The position numbers were made by a program, and so were the translations under genes. This document shows, in pieces, positions 45,364-58,051 of a stretch of 64,000 bases of DNA. Within the stretch, counting starts at the first letter, position 1. Every line of letters starts with the position of its first letter. The notes under the pieces were generated by a model that saw nothing but the letters and a program-made list of their open reading frames with translations, did no database searches and had not been told where the DNA came from. The DNA comes from Guillardia theta CCMP2712 (Eukaryota > Protista > Cryptophyta), in contig NW_005434657.1 in the NCBI RefSeq assembly GCF_000315625.1, positions 411,319-475,318 of the forward strand, in the 5' to 3' direction.

Positions 45364-48300
45364 TCAGACTCCTTCTCGTCCTCTCAAGCCTCTACCTAGC
45401 GGCTTCACCTCCCGCTCGACTGCTGAACTCTCCTTGGCCTGCTGGGGTCGAAGTGAACGTCAGTCAGGACATGAAGGGGGGAGAGAGAGGGAAAAGGACG
45501 ACAGGCGTAGGTGTGTGTGCTGGAAAGGAAGGGGCGGAAGGATTGGGGGGGAGGGGAAGGGGGATGGGAGGGTTCGCAGAAGAGAAGTGACAAGGGTGGG
45601 AGGAAGCAGAGGCGGCAAGGAGGGACGTGTAGCTGCACCAGCAAGGCTCCCTCCACGTCCGAGGGCTCGAGCTTTCGTGCTCCGGTCGAGGGTGACGAAG
45701 CAAGGAGAGTGGCGGCGGCAATGGATGAAGGAGGAGGAGGAGGTGAAGGAGTTGGAGGAATGACCCGAGATCCACCATCGCCCTCTTCGTTGCTGCAGGA
45801 GGTACGTCAAGGACGAGGAGGGAGAAGAGAGGAGGAAGAGGGAGAACGAGGAGGGAGGACGAGGACGAGGACGAGACGGAAGGGGAAGGAGGGAGCAGTA
45901 GCAGGAGCAGAAGGATCAGCGACTTCTCGTCTCACCTTCCCTCCTCTGCTCTCTCAGCTCTGCCCAGCTGCCATGGGATTTTCATCCCTGTGGCACCAGA
46001 CGCCAAGGGGAGGATGTGACGTCCGCGGAAGACCTCGGCAGCGTTCTGAAACTCCCGCGAGAGCTGCAGGAGAAGGTGAGAGGAGGGAGATGAGAGGAGG
46101 GAGGAGATGAGAGGAGGGAGGAGATGAGAGGAGGGAGGAGGAGCACAGGGGATCAGAGGACGGAGTCGTGCACCCAAAGAGAGGGAGAGGATGGTGAATA
46201 AGAGGGAGAACGCGGGCAGGAGTAGGAGGGTGGGAATGCAGGACGGCGGGCAGAAGAGAAGGACTGAGGAGCAGGATAGAGGGAGGAGGAGGAGGAGGAG
46301 GCATAACAACCTTTTCAGCTGCCTCAACGACTGCATTGAGAGGAGCAGAAACAACTTGGGGCCTCCCCATCAGACCCTCTTCTTGTTCCACTGTCTCCTC
46401 CTCCACCTCCCCCCCCCCTTCCCCTGTCCCTCTTCCAGGGCATGACCCATCCTTCTGCTGCCGCTCCTCCTGCTCCCCCTCCTGCTCCCCCTTCACGGTT
46501 GTTTCTCCTGCTCGCCCTTGCTCGTCTCCTGCTATCTCGTCCGACCAGCTCTTCGCCGCTCGCCACACGTTGGTCCAGCGCTCGAGGATGGCGTCGTGCA
46601 GGTGGTTCCTGCGCTCCCTTGCAGCCTTCTCGTCCTCCTTGGCAAGAATTGCGATCTGACGGAGCAGCTGCCGGACGTCCTTGCTCGAGGAGGAGAGCGA
46701 AGCCCTCCGGTCCTTCTCCACCGCCCTCATGAAGTGATCCGAGGAGATGTCCAGCGAGTTCGCGTAGTCCAGCACAGACTTGAACGACTTCTTCCTCCGA
46801 AGCTGAGCCGTGTCCTGCTCCTGCGACCCTCCGGTCTGCATTGAAGGTGTGAGCTTTGCTCTTTGATGCAGAAGGACAGAGAAGAGAGAGACTGGAACGA
46901 AGGGAGGGAAGTCACCTCGAAGAAGTCTTCCATGTGCGTTAAGCATGTCAAGCAAACCTGCGCCTAGAGGTCAGAAGATGAAAAACGATGAAAGGAGAGG
47001 AAAGGGGAGGGGAGGAAAAACAAGGAGAAGGGGAGGAGAGGAGGGGAGAAGGGGAGGAGATAAAGATGGAGAGGACGGTAGGAACACGGGGGTGTCAGAC
47101 CCTCGTGCATGGGACCATGCTCGCTCACCTCAAGCGGAGCTTGAACAAGATCATCCTCCAGCTCATGAAGGACGCCGATCGTGATCCTCACAAAAGATGC
47201 GATCCCCTGGGACAAACACCTCACAAGAGCCCGGCTCTCCTCCCCGTCTCTTCCTCCCTCCCTCTCCTGTCCAATCACAGAGCCTTTGTTTCTTGCTGCG
47301 TTGCTCCTCCCCGTCTCTTCCTCCCTCCCTCTCCTGTCCAATCACAGAGCCTTTGTTTCTTGCTGCGTTGCTCCTCCCCGTCTCTTCCTCCCTCCCTCTC
47401 CTGTCCAATCACAGAGCCTTTGTTTCTTGCTGCGTTGCTCCTCCCCGTCTCTTCCTCCCTCCCTCTCCTGTCCAATCACAGAGCCTTTGTTTCTTGCTGC
47501 GTTGCTCCTCCCCTCTCTCGTCTTCCCTCTCCCCTCTCCCCTCTCGACTCGCTCTTTGTCTCTTCTCCCCCTCTCCCTCCTCTCTCCCCCTTCCTCCCTC
47601 TCTGTTGGTCTCTCCCTCCCCTCACCTCCAAGAGGAGAAGGTCCCACACAACGCTAGCAGCATCGATCGGCAAGACCGTGCAGAACCCCTGCAAGCGAGC
47701 CGGGGGATCAGCGAGCGAGGGGGGGGAGGGGGGGGGAGAGGGTAGACCGTCATCCACCACTCGACGAGGAACAGCCTCGAGTCGACTCCGATGGCCTTGA
47801 GGTGCCGGTAGAGGTTGGGAAGATGATGGTGAAAGCTCTCCTCAAAGGCTGCCACAAACCTGCGCCCTCTTGACCCCAGCCGCTGCCTCCTCCTCTTCCT
47901 CCCCCGCCCCCTCACCTGTCGATCCCGTGGATGTCCACCTTGAGAAAGGCAGGGAAGTGATGCCGGTGCAGGAGGTTTGCCATGCAGACGAACACGTCCG
48001 AAGGCTTCATGTACACCAAGAAGATGCTGGCGATGTATCCCATCCCCTGCCCCCTCCCGTCATCCCCTCCTGCCATCTCCTCTCTTTGCTCCATCCTGCC
48101 CTACCTGGACATAACCGATCGACGGTCGGAAGCACGAGTAAGCGCGCAGGACGTTCCTCAGGTGGCTGTGATAGACCCCGTCGGTGGCAAACAGCCCCAA
48201 CTCCGTGTAAGTTCTGAGGAAAAACGTCAAGACGCCTCCAGACCCTCATGGCACTTGACCTGTCGAGATCGAGCTCGATCTGCCGGATGGTTTGGTGATC

Positions 48301-51160
48301 GATCCAGGGAGGCTCGAGGAACACTTCTTTCCCTTGCTTCTCTTCAGAGCGCCGTACGGACGAGCTGTCGTCTGCCCCAGCATCATCACCATCCTCTACC
48401 AGCAAGAGGGCAGTCCTACCGAACATGGCGTGCTCCACGAACTCGAACCCCTTCATCTGGGTCGCCTCCCTCTCGTGGGGGAGTAGCTGCGATACGGGAA
48501 GGTGAAAGGAAGGAGAGGACCCTTGCTCTCAAACTTCACACCTCCTGGTCCTTCCTCACGAAGTCATCCACCATCCTCAGCATCTCCTGGTAATCCTGCC
48601 CGGCACCTCAACATCATCGCTACCCCTGCAAGCCCATCGACCTTCTCTGAGAGCTTCAGGTCGTTGCCAATCGCGTTCTTCCAGACTTGCCCCCGCACGT
48701 AAGGAGAAATTCCCTGCCGCCAGATCTTGCGCACGCCTTCACCGTTGCATCGAGCCTCCCACTCCGGGATGACAACTTCTCTCCAAACCTTGCGGCAGCC
48801 TCAGTGTCCCATCCGCCGCACCTCAGCACCGGGCTCACAGTGATAGGGTCTTGTTCCAGCACGTCGTCGTCCTTGCTAGGGGAAGGGAAGAGCTGTTGAG
48901 ACAAGTCGTTACAAGGCGGAGATCACAAGAGTCAAGCTACAGGAGCGAATGACGACAACATGTCCGTGATTTGCGTCCTCTGCTTCAGAGCTGAATGTCC
49001 CGTGCCCCAGAACTGCTCGCCAAAACCATGCCAGCCCCCTGAAGAGAAGGAGGCTGGTCATGGAGGACGTTGACGGGGGGAGGGGGAGAGGGAGAAAGAA
49101 GGGGAGGGAGGGTGAGAAAGATATGAGAGAGGATGTAGAGGATAAGAGACACAGGACACATGGCAGAGGAAAGAGGAACAAGCGGAGAAGGGGGGAGAGG
49201 GGAACGAGGAAAGAGGGGAAGGGGGAGAGGAGAGGAGAGAGGAGAGAGGAGAGAGGCGAGAGGCGAGAGGCGAGAGGAGGGAGGAGGGAGGAGGGAGGAG
49301 GGAGGAGGGAAGAACTTACCTGGGAGTCGGCTGATGTCGTCACCATGTGCCCTCTCTGCAGAGCACTCTCTCTCCGACTCCGACGATTTTCCGCCGCACT
49401 CCTGATCATTCCCGTCTCTGACAGACATTTCCTTCGATCTACACATCCAAAGTCATTGCCTTGCTTGTTCCAAAAGCACAAAAGAGAAGCGTCAAACCTG
49501 TCGTTGGTGGATCTTGCAAACAGTTTGTTGGCCCCCTCGATCCACTGAAAACAGCGGATGTCACCTAAGGGGAGTCGAAGAGTCTACTGATCACCATGGA
49601 TATCTTGTGATGAGTTGTATCGTAGCCGACGTCTGTCTTGCTGTTGGATGGAACTTCGCCGGACCTGACAAATAGCATGAGACTGATCATCGTGTACCTG
49701 TGGGTGCCATACAAACAACTCTTGGTGCCATCGACTTTGACAAGGCTGTTCTTGGAGTCGGTTTCATGTCTCTTTGGAGAAGCTTTGGAGGACGAGATCA
49801 GAAACATTACGGCAAGTCAAGAGGAAAAAAAGACACCAGGTCCATCAATATGCTCCTCAGCCTCGTTGCAACAACCCTGATTCACCTCTGCTGACGGGCT
49901 TCACTGCAAACGACCAACCCCTTCCTCTTTCAATCACCTGCCAGCTCAAGGTACTTGCGCATCTCTGAATCTCGCTTCGCATCCGCGTCCCGATCTGCCA
50001 TGGCCTTCCAACATGACGAGATCAACAGACTCGCTCGGAGGGGAGGGAAAGACGCTTCTCAGTCACCTTCCTCACTCTCTGCACGTAGAAATTCTCCATC
50101 GGGCCGATTCCGACCTCCTCGCAACTTCACTGCACACAAGACCCAGCGCTTGTCCCTCACCTTGTCACGAATCGAAGGGTCCCCTCCCGCCGCCATGAGC
50201 AATTCAATGAGTTGTTGCCGTACCTGCGCCATCCACGTCAGCCGCTGCTCTCCTGCATGCCCGTCCCTCCCACCTGTATGCTCGGAATGAACAGCGACGT
50301 AGTGGCTGAATGCAGTGGCGTGCTCCCCGCAAACTCCTGGCTGTTGACCTCTGCTCCATGGCAGAGCAGGACCTTTGCTGCCTGTGAAAGCACAAGCTCA
50401 GGTCAAGGGGCGTCAGCAGACGGAGTCTGCTTGCTCTACCTCCAGGTGACCGCACGAGACCGCACAGTGTAGCGGGGTCTCCTTAGTGATGTCCCTTGCG
50501 TTGACGTCGGCCGACGAGGCACAAAGAAGGCCAACGATCTCCGTCCGTCCCCTCCTAGAAGCTTCATGCAATGGGCCTCCTCGGTACCCTCTCTCGTTCA
50601 CATCAACTCTCTCCTCTATCAGCCTTTTCACCTCATTCTCGTCTCCTGCTGATACAGCTTTGAACAACTTGCCCCGGAACATCGAGAGCCTTTTGTTTGC
50701 TGCTGGACGCCTTGGTACAACAGCTGCCCTTGCCAGGCTCCAGCAGCAGGTAACCGCTCACCCCTCAAGTCGGTTCAGGTCATGTGCTTGCTTCGGGTAG
50801 TCTCCCCAAGAGGCCGCTCCCTTCTCATCTGCTGAGAGGACCAAGAAAGTCAATGCCAGCATTTTCGTTGTTGTTGCTCGACCAGTGCAACTTGACTTGC
50901 CCTGAAATGTCAACTCAACCGTACCTCAGAAATACTTCACTATCTTCTTCCTCTACCACCCCTTTCACCACCACCACCTGCTCCTACTCCTGCTCCTGCT
51001 CCTGCTCCTGCTCCCGCTCATGCTCCTGCTCCTGCTCCTCCTGCTCCTCCTCCTCCTGCTCCTGCTCCTCCTCCTCCTCCTCCTCCTCCTCCTCCTCCTC
51101 CTCCTCCTCCTCCTCCTATGCCCTCCGAGCCCTCGTCTCCAACATACACCCTGATGCCAT
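45364..51160 (-). CDS. Ankyrin-repeat + TBC (RabGAP, TBC1D12/14-like) protein; possibly two genes
   Basis: ANK: GPLHEAS, TPLHCAV, TPLHSA (about 50160-50680). TBC: IRQIELDLDR, YVQGMGYIA, HHLPNLYRHL, FLVEWWMT, VVWDLLLLE. A continuous chain of short introns links the two parts. Confidence 0.7.
47237..47511. repeat. 67-bp perfect tandem repeat (about 4 copies) in a TBC intron
   Basis: Unit ctcctccccgtctcttcctccctccctctcctgtccaatcacagagcctttgtttcttgctgcgttg. Confidence 0.9.
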
Positions 51161-51219
51161 TTCCTGTATTTTCGGCCAAAAAGTAGATACAGGTCTTAGT
51201 GGGGATGGGGGCTAAATAT

Positions 51220-51730
51220 CAGGCCCGGACTCAGCGGCCTGACTCAGCCCCGCCCGGCCGGTCCGACGGTCGGATCGGCGGATCAGAGTCCCCGCCGGGC
51301 CGGGCCGCCGGTGTCAGGCCAGTGTCAGGCGGCGGCCGCGCGTTCCGGGGAGCCTCCTGTTCGGAGCCGGCCGCTCAGTGCCCCGGGCCTGTGACTCACT
51401 GTATCAGTCTTTTCTCACCGGGGGGTCTGAGCATGATGCCAGTGAGCACGCATTGAAGCCTCCTCTATACTATCGTGACTCTCCTCAGTCACGATGCCCC
51501 GGCGTCCTCGTTTTCGAACACGCCGACGTTGGCAGATTGACCACACGGTCACCGGTGACGGTGAGCCTTTCAAGTTTCAAGTTTGCAGAACCGTGACCGT
51601 GGCCGACTTATGATTTGCTCTCAGATCGGCGGCGGGCCCAGTCAGTGTTCTGAGGGCTGTCACACTCCGAGTGTTGAGCTGTGTTCTTTACTCAAAGTTA
51701 AGTTAGAAATCAGCCCGGCCGCGAGCCTGC
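51220..51730. promoter_or_regulatory. Palindrome module with the shared motif at 51685-51715
   Basis: ggactcag..gactcagccccgcccggccggtccgacggtcgg and tctttactcaaagttaagttagaaatcagcc. Confidence 0.45.
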
Positions 51731-51768
51731 CTGCTAGCCTAGTAGTGTCCAGCTCATTCAACATGATG

Positions 51769-52402
51769 TCACTCTCCTATAGCCCAAACATCCTGTTCCC
51801 CGTCCGAGTCTGGCCTCGTCATGTACCATGCTATCCAGCTCCCCTCAAGAGGCTCCCATCCCTCTCCGAGCCCCTCCTCCTCACTTTCATCTCCTTTCAA
51901 CGGCCTCGGCATGCCGATTTCTTTTGGCAGCTCCTCGTCAACGTCCTCGTCCTCTCCATCGTAGCTCGCTGCCTCAGACAACTGCCCCCCACTCCGACCT
52001 CTGGACCCCGACTGCCTCAGTCCCTCCTCCTCTCCTGACGCCTCGGCATTTGGCTCGCAAGATGCTGCTTGCCTGTCCGTCCCTTGCGAGCCCTCTCCCT
52101 CCTCCACCGTCGCTGGTGGAGTCACAAGATCTGTGTACCCTCGTGCATACGGCCAGCGAGCAAGGCCCAGCTTCCGGCAGCACGTCTTCAAGCTCGTCAG
52201 CGACATCCCCTGCCATCGTAGTCACCGCATCCATCGCCCCCAGCAGACAGAACAAGGAGGGGCTTACCAGGGAGTAGGCGGCGTCTTCCTGCCTCATGTG
52301 GAAGTAGGGGCTCAGGGAGTCGAGGGTGAGCTGGACGGTGACGGGGGGGCGATGGTGGATTCTGGCTCGGACGGAGCAGGAGGGAGCGGCCCGAGTGTCC
52401 AT
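51769..52402 (-). CDS. Small RWP-RK transcription factor (paralogue B), intron 52210-52267
   Basis: LTLDSLSPYFHMRQEDAAYSL|GMSLTSLKTCCRKLGLARWPYAR, with C-terminal GWEPLEGSWIAWYM. Confidence 0.9.
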
Positions 52403-53069
52403 GCCGCTTGGGTACTGGTGGCTGGAACGCCTGATCGAGCTTATGCGTACAAGGATACAGGAGGTACCAGACTGCTAGAAACAAATGCTCGCTTTGTCTT
52501 CCCGTCTCTGTCTCTGTCACTGTCTCTGTCTCTGTCTCTGTCTCTGTCTCTGTCTCTGTCTCTGTCTCTGTCTCTGTCTGCCTCACTCACTCACTCACTC
52601 ACTCACTCTCCCTCCCTCCCTCCCTGCCTCCCTCCCTCCCTGCCTGCCTCCCTCCCCTCACCCTGAATACCCTACTCACACTGCCATGTTGGAAACATTC
52701 CTGTCCCTCTCTCCTGCTCCAGCACAGTCCTCGCCACGCGGCACCCTCTCGTCCTCTGCCTGCCGGAATATTTTTTTACCCCCTTCCTTCACGTTCCGAC
52801 TGTCGGCGACGTACCGACCGTCTTATTAACACCTGGAGATTTCCGTAAGTATCCGACGCCTTGAGATCGCCCGCCCGGACCTCCTGCCGCAGTGCTGTCC
52901 CGAACACGTCACGGTCCTTCCGCCCACCTTGCCACGCAAACCGCTGACACTGCTGCTGACATGCTACTAGGCTAGCTACTACCGTACTACTGGCTCGGAG
53001 CCTCCGGCAGGCAGATGTCACGAGACCGTCCTGGCTCAGATACACCCCGACGATGCCCAGGCGTAGTGG

Positions 53070-53725
53070 GGACCGTACCGGTACCGTACGGTTCTTGCGC
53101 TGTTGCGCGTTAACGGTGCACTGTAAAGCCGGAAGCCCTCCGGGAATAATAACTTAACTGTAGTAGTACGGAATTAGTATAGGTCACGGTGACCGTGATA
53201 GTTTTATTACACTCCTACTATTACTCCACGGATGATCCCGACGGTGACGGTGACGGTGCATTGAACGGTCACGGTGACCCGGTCACCCCGCCGACGGTCG
53301 GAAGCTGTCCGGAAGCCGCGCAGTGCGGCGGGAGCGCCGAGCGGAGTGAATGGGACTTCACGGTGCCGGGCAGGTCCGAGCCCCCGCGGCCGGACGCCCG
53401 GACTCCGGACTCCCGGAGACGGTCGGCGTGCGGTACGGTGAGTATCACTGGCCCGGAGTCTCCGCCCCCGGCTACTAGGTGCCCGGCGGGCAGACGGCGT
53501 TCGGGGGCCGCCAGTGCCCGGCCCGGCTGAGTGGCAGGCCTCGGCGTGAGCCCGGCGCCGCGCCCGGCGCCCGGCCGCCCGGCCCGGCCACACCGGACTC
53601 GGAGTCACCCGGCGTACTACTGTGACTCGTGTGACAGGGTCCCGGTCCACTGCCCAGGCACGGTCACCGGGGCCCGGGCGCCGGGCCGGGCGGCCGGTGG
53701 CCGGGCCCGAGTCCACCGGGGCTCC
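53070..53725. promoter_or_regulatory. Largest palindrome module, upstream of PCIF1
   Basis: accgtaccggtaccgtacggt, gtcacggtgac repeated, ggactccggactcccgg, ccggccgcccggcccggcc. Confidence 0.45.
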
Positions 53726-53849
53726 TCTCCCTTCCTCCTCCCTTCCTCCCTTCCTCCCTTCCTCCCTCCTACCCTCCTGCTGTGATCTCTGAGCAAGCCC
53801 CAACAGCTGCTCCTCCCCTCCCCTCCCCCCTCCCGTCGCCGCAAGCAAC

Positions 53850-56800
53850 ATGAGCAGCCCTATGAGCATGGACGAAGAACTGCCTGAAGGCTGGACGAAA
53901 CATTTCTCGAACAGTTGGAAGGTGAGAGGTGGTTGATTACGAGGATGGAGAGGAAACGAGCAGAGGATGGTGGCGGAGACGGAGATGAAGGAGAAGATGA
54001 TGATTCAGATGAATTTTGAGATGATCATGTGGACAGCTCCTGATAAGGAGCATTCACAGAGGCATTACTACTTCAATTCAAAGACGGGAAAGCAAAGCTG
54101 GGAACACCCGAACAAGATGGGTGAGCAGGAACACGATGTCTCCCTTGCGCTCTGTGACATCCTGAAGGAGTGGGATCGGACTCTGAGACGACTCCGAAAT
54201 TCGATACGTCCGAGGGTGAGGAGTTGGAGGTGAAGACGCGAAGTTGAGGCGGGGGTTGTTAGGGGACCATAAGAGGAAGGGCGCCCCGTCCATGGACATG
54301 ATAGGTGACATGCTGAATCAGTGCCGTCAAGGGCCATTGCTGATCTTAACTGCAGTGAAGCACCCGCGTCAAAGCATCGGGTAGTTTCGACGGACAGTCC
54401 TCCTCGTCCTTGTCCTCCTGCCCCTGCTCCTCGTCCTGTTCTTTCAAGCCATCTTGTGCTCTTGTGCGAATCTACAGTTAAGTTTCTCCCTGTTGTCTAC
54501 AGGAATCAGCAGATGTTAGCTCCGGGAGAGATGAGCCAAGAAGACACGCCCGAGATCGCTGTCCTAAGAGACAAGCAAGTCAAGAGCCTGCTGTCAACTG
54601 TCCGGCAGGTGAGCGTCGGGGAAGGGATGCAGAAGTTTTGTGAGCGAGTGTGAGAGCAGCTATGTTCAAGGAGCAACTCGATCTCCAAAGAACCTGGGAA
54701 TGCTCTGACTCGGTCTCCCGCCCCATGAGATCTCAATGCGATCTCTCACTTGAACACTTCAGCTTCTTCTTTCTCAGCAATCTCGTCCCCAAACACGGAG
54801 AGAAGGCAATCTTCATGGAGACAACCTGGGCACGACCCTTGACTTCTGATCTGTGCAGGAGGACCCGCTGATTCCCTCCAATGCCGGAGTGGATAGCTGC
54901 CTACACAGGTGCTTCGATCCTCAGCGTCTGCTGCGTCCCCCTTACCTTGTGCGCCAGAGAACTTCTCAAAGCCGGCATGGACCCCTCTGAATCCGAATCA
55001 ACCTGCAAGCAGGTGGCTGCATGTGACGTGCCTCTTGTCGCTGTCCTCACCGTCTCCCGTAGCTGTCGGAAGCAGCGACTGAAGCGGCCAAGGTGACCCG
55101 GCACATTTGCGGCCTGAGTTGACCCCGAGGCCCTCCAGACCATATGGGAGGCTCGCACGCAGAACAGGAGGAGGGTGGAGAGTTACATACCAGAAGGTAG
55201 GACGAGGTTGACACCCAAGTCAAGTTGATTCGGTCGGCAGTTACCGAGAAGGAGTTGCAGAATCGTCAGATCCAGGTGTGTGCCCTTCCTCCTCCTCCTC
55301 GCTCCTCCCTCCTTCTCCCTCTTCCGCCCTCCTCCCTCCTCCCTCCGCTCTACCGGTGACGTCTCTGCGCAGATCATGTGGAGAGACACCATGCTGGTCA
55401 TCAACCGCGATCACTACCTCAAGGTGAGATGGTGATGTGGGCCGATCGCTCCTTCTCTCACCATCTTTGAACGGCAGGTCAAGAGGATGTATGACGAGCA
55501 GGGAAACGATCCACAGTTGTTCCTCGTCCGCCTTTTCTGCCTCCTTCAGAGGTCAGTCGAGGACCCCAGCAAGTCATCCTGCTGACCCTCTGCAGATACG
55601 AATCGATCGGAGGAGCAGGATATCAGGTGAGAGGAGGGGAGCTCCATGGCGTGCTATCCTAACAGGACGGGTGGAGGCGGCAATTCCGAGCTCTGCCTTC
55701 AAGACGCTGCAGGAGGTTGTGAACTTTCCTTTCTGCAGGACTCTCTGACATGGTTCAGAATTTCGGGGTAGCTCATGAGTGTTTTGCCTCACCCTTGAAC
55801 TCGACCCTGCCGTCGTTCGGATCTGGTGAAGCCTGGTAGTATCTTCCATCGCTGAAGTCTCGGCAGCTTTCTTCGACACAGACATGTTCTTTGGAAGCAG
55901 GGGGAGTTTCTTCGACATAAATGTGAGCTGTACATCCTGTAGCGCGTTGATGTAGCAGGGCTCATAGCGAAAACATGTCTTGAGGAGCATCAAACAACAA
56001 TAGCTGTGAAGCCGTGAAGTCTGATCAAGCTTTCAACAGCGTTGGACTGATCGGGGTAGGCTGGACTTCTTCAAGGGCGGATCGTTCGAGGCCAACCCTC
56101 CCTTCGTGAGAGCCTTCAGGTCCCTCTGAGGGTGGTGAGTGCGTCCTTAGGTCGAAGAGTCGATGCAGCTCATGTCGGAAACGATCGAAGTAGTCCTGCA
56201 GAAGACGGAGGTGAATCTGGATACGGTGTTTAACTTGACTTGACCGGCTTCTTGGTACCACCAGGAGCACAGTCTGCCCGCCTCCTTCATTGTGATCGTT
56301 CCGGGTAAGATACTGAGACTGCAGCTCTCGTTGCTCACTCCATGCAGCGTGGACGGATGAGAGGGCCCATGAGATCATGAGGGAGAGCAGGTGAGATGAA
56401 GTGTTGCGTTACAAGGCCTCCGTTCCGGCCTCTCCTTATTCTCTGTGCCCTCTGTCTGTTCGCTGACCATCATCAAGATTTTGCCAGAAATTGATTGTGC
56501 TCGAGAAGAGCCAGCACTCATATCGCTCCGGCACTCAGCACAACAGCATCCAACAGTACCATGACGCGGGCTTCAGGTGAGTTCGACCCAGGGAGCGAGA
56601 GCGAGCTGAGATCATGCTGGGCAGAACCTCAATATTCTTTCTTCAAAACACGCAAGGCGCGCAGAAGTGGCCGGTAGGGAGCAGGACGAGCTCGCCCCTG
56701 ATGATGCACGAGACCTGTCTTCCTTGACTTGTGCTGCTCCTGCCTTGTTGACCTTGTTTTTGCGTGTGTGAACGGACCAGCAGGGCGAGGAGGTGGAAGT

Positions 56801-56850
56801 ATAGGCGGATGCTGCTGCTGCTGCTAATGCCTCTGCTTTTGATGCTGCTT

Positions 56851-56908
<58 letters not shown>

Positions 56909-57022
56909 CGATGCTGATGCCAATGAGAAAGGGGAAGAGGAGGCCGTGCTTTACGTGGATTGCGGCAGGTCACCTCAAGAGCCATCGAGAGCTTGCAAGA
57001 AGCTTTCAAGAAATGGCAGTGA
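53850..57022 (+). CDS. PCIF1: PCIF1/CAPAM-like cap-specific adenosine N6-methyltransferase with an N-terminal WW domain
   Basis: WW: LPEGWTKHFSNSWK-RHYYFNSKTGKQSWEHP. MTase: ECFASPLN, GGSFEANPPF, SFIVIVP, HSYRSGTQH, FFLQN...KWP. Confidence 0.88.
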
Positions 57023-57402
57023 TCTCTCCTCCCTCCCACAGTAAATTTCCTCCCCCGCCCCTGACACTTGTCGCCTGCCCGCCGTTGGCGCGTCCATCGG
57101 AGATGATCCACTTCAGACGTCTTTGAGATCAGAGAGCCTCTCTTCCTCACACGAATCCTTGAGCTCCTCCAACGGCTCTCCTAACCTCCCCCCCACTGCC
57201 CATGGCCCTCTACCAACACACCCCACATCTGTTCCGATGCCTCTGCCTCTATCTAGATGCGCGCAGGAGCCTTCCTCTTCTCTTGCAGCCTCTTGTTCCC
57301 CTCCTCAGGGAGTGCGTCGGAGGGAACGATCCTTTTCCCAAGTACACTTGACAATAACCCCCAGCAAAAGTATTTCGGGCGTTTTTCTCATATGAAAAAA
57401 TG

Positions 57403-57525
57403 ATCGCAAGTATACTTGTGATCTCTATTTCAGAATCGCAAGTATACTTGTGATCTCTATTTCAGAATCACAAGTTGAAATAGATAACAGAGATCACAAG
57501 TTCACTGAAATAGAGATCACAAGTT
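57403..57525. repeat. 32-bp tandem duplicate plus a 20-bp inverted copy (foldback)
   Basis: atcgcaagtatacttgtgatctctatttcaga occurs twice. ctgaaatagagatcacaagt (57505-57524) is the reverse complement of its core. Confidence 0.8.
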
Positions 57526-57869
57526 CAACAGGTCAGAGTCTTAGCCAGGTTTTGGATGAATGTCTCCGCTATCCACCGGCTCATTTAGAGACATGTTTAA
57601 TTCTTCAGCATCCTAAAGTTTCAGAAAGGGCACTTAGTGGCCACAAAGGCCATCCTCCTATCTACCCGCAAACACCCCGATAATGCGAACATTGATCAGA
57701 TTCCTTGACCTCCCCTTGCTCCTCCTCCTCCTCCTCCTCCACCACATCAACAAGAGCGGGGTGTGCGGGGGGAGTAGTAAAACACACCACTCCTCTCCTC
57801 CTACTGCTGAAAGATGATGACAGCGGCGGTTGTGTTGTTCCTCCGGCGCGTGTAGAATGAGACACAGAG

Positions 57870-58051
57870 NNNNNNNNNNNNNNNNNNNNNNNNNNNNNNN
57901 NNNNNNNNNNNNNNNNNNNNNNNNNNNNNNNNNNNNNNNNNNNNNNNNNNNNNNNNNNNNNNNNNNNNNNNNNNNNNNNNNNNNNNNNNNNNNNNNNNNN
58001 NNNNNNNNNNNNNNNNNNNNNNNNNNNNNNNNNNNNNNNNNNNNNNNNNNN
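57870..58051. other. Assembly gap
   Basis: Run of N. Confidence 1.

Noticed and set aside
47237-47511. Regular repeat resembling a CRISPR array
   Set aside because: Head-to-tail identical units with no unique spacers, in a eukaryotic intron, with no cas genes.
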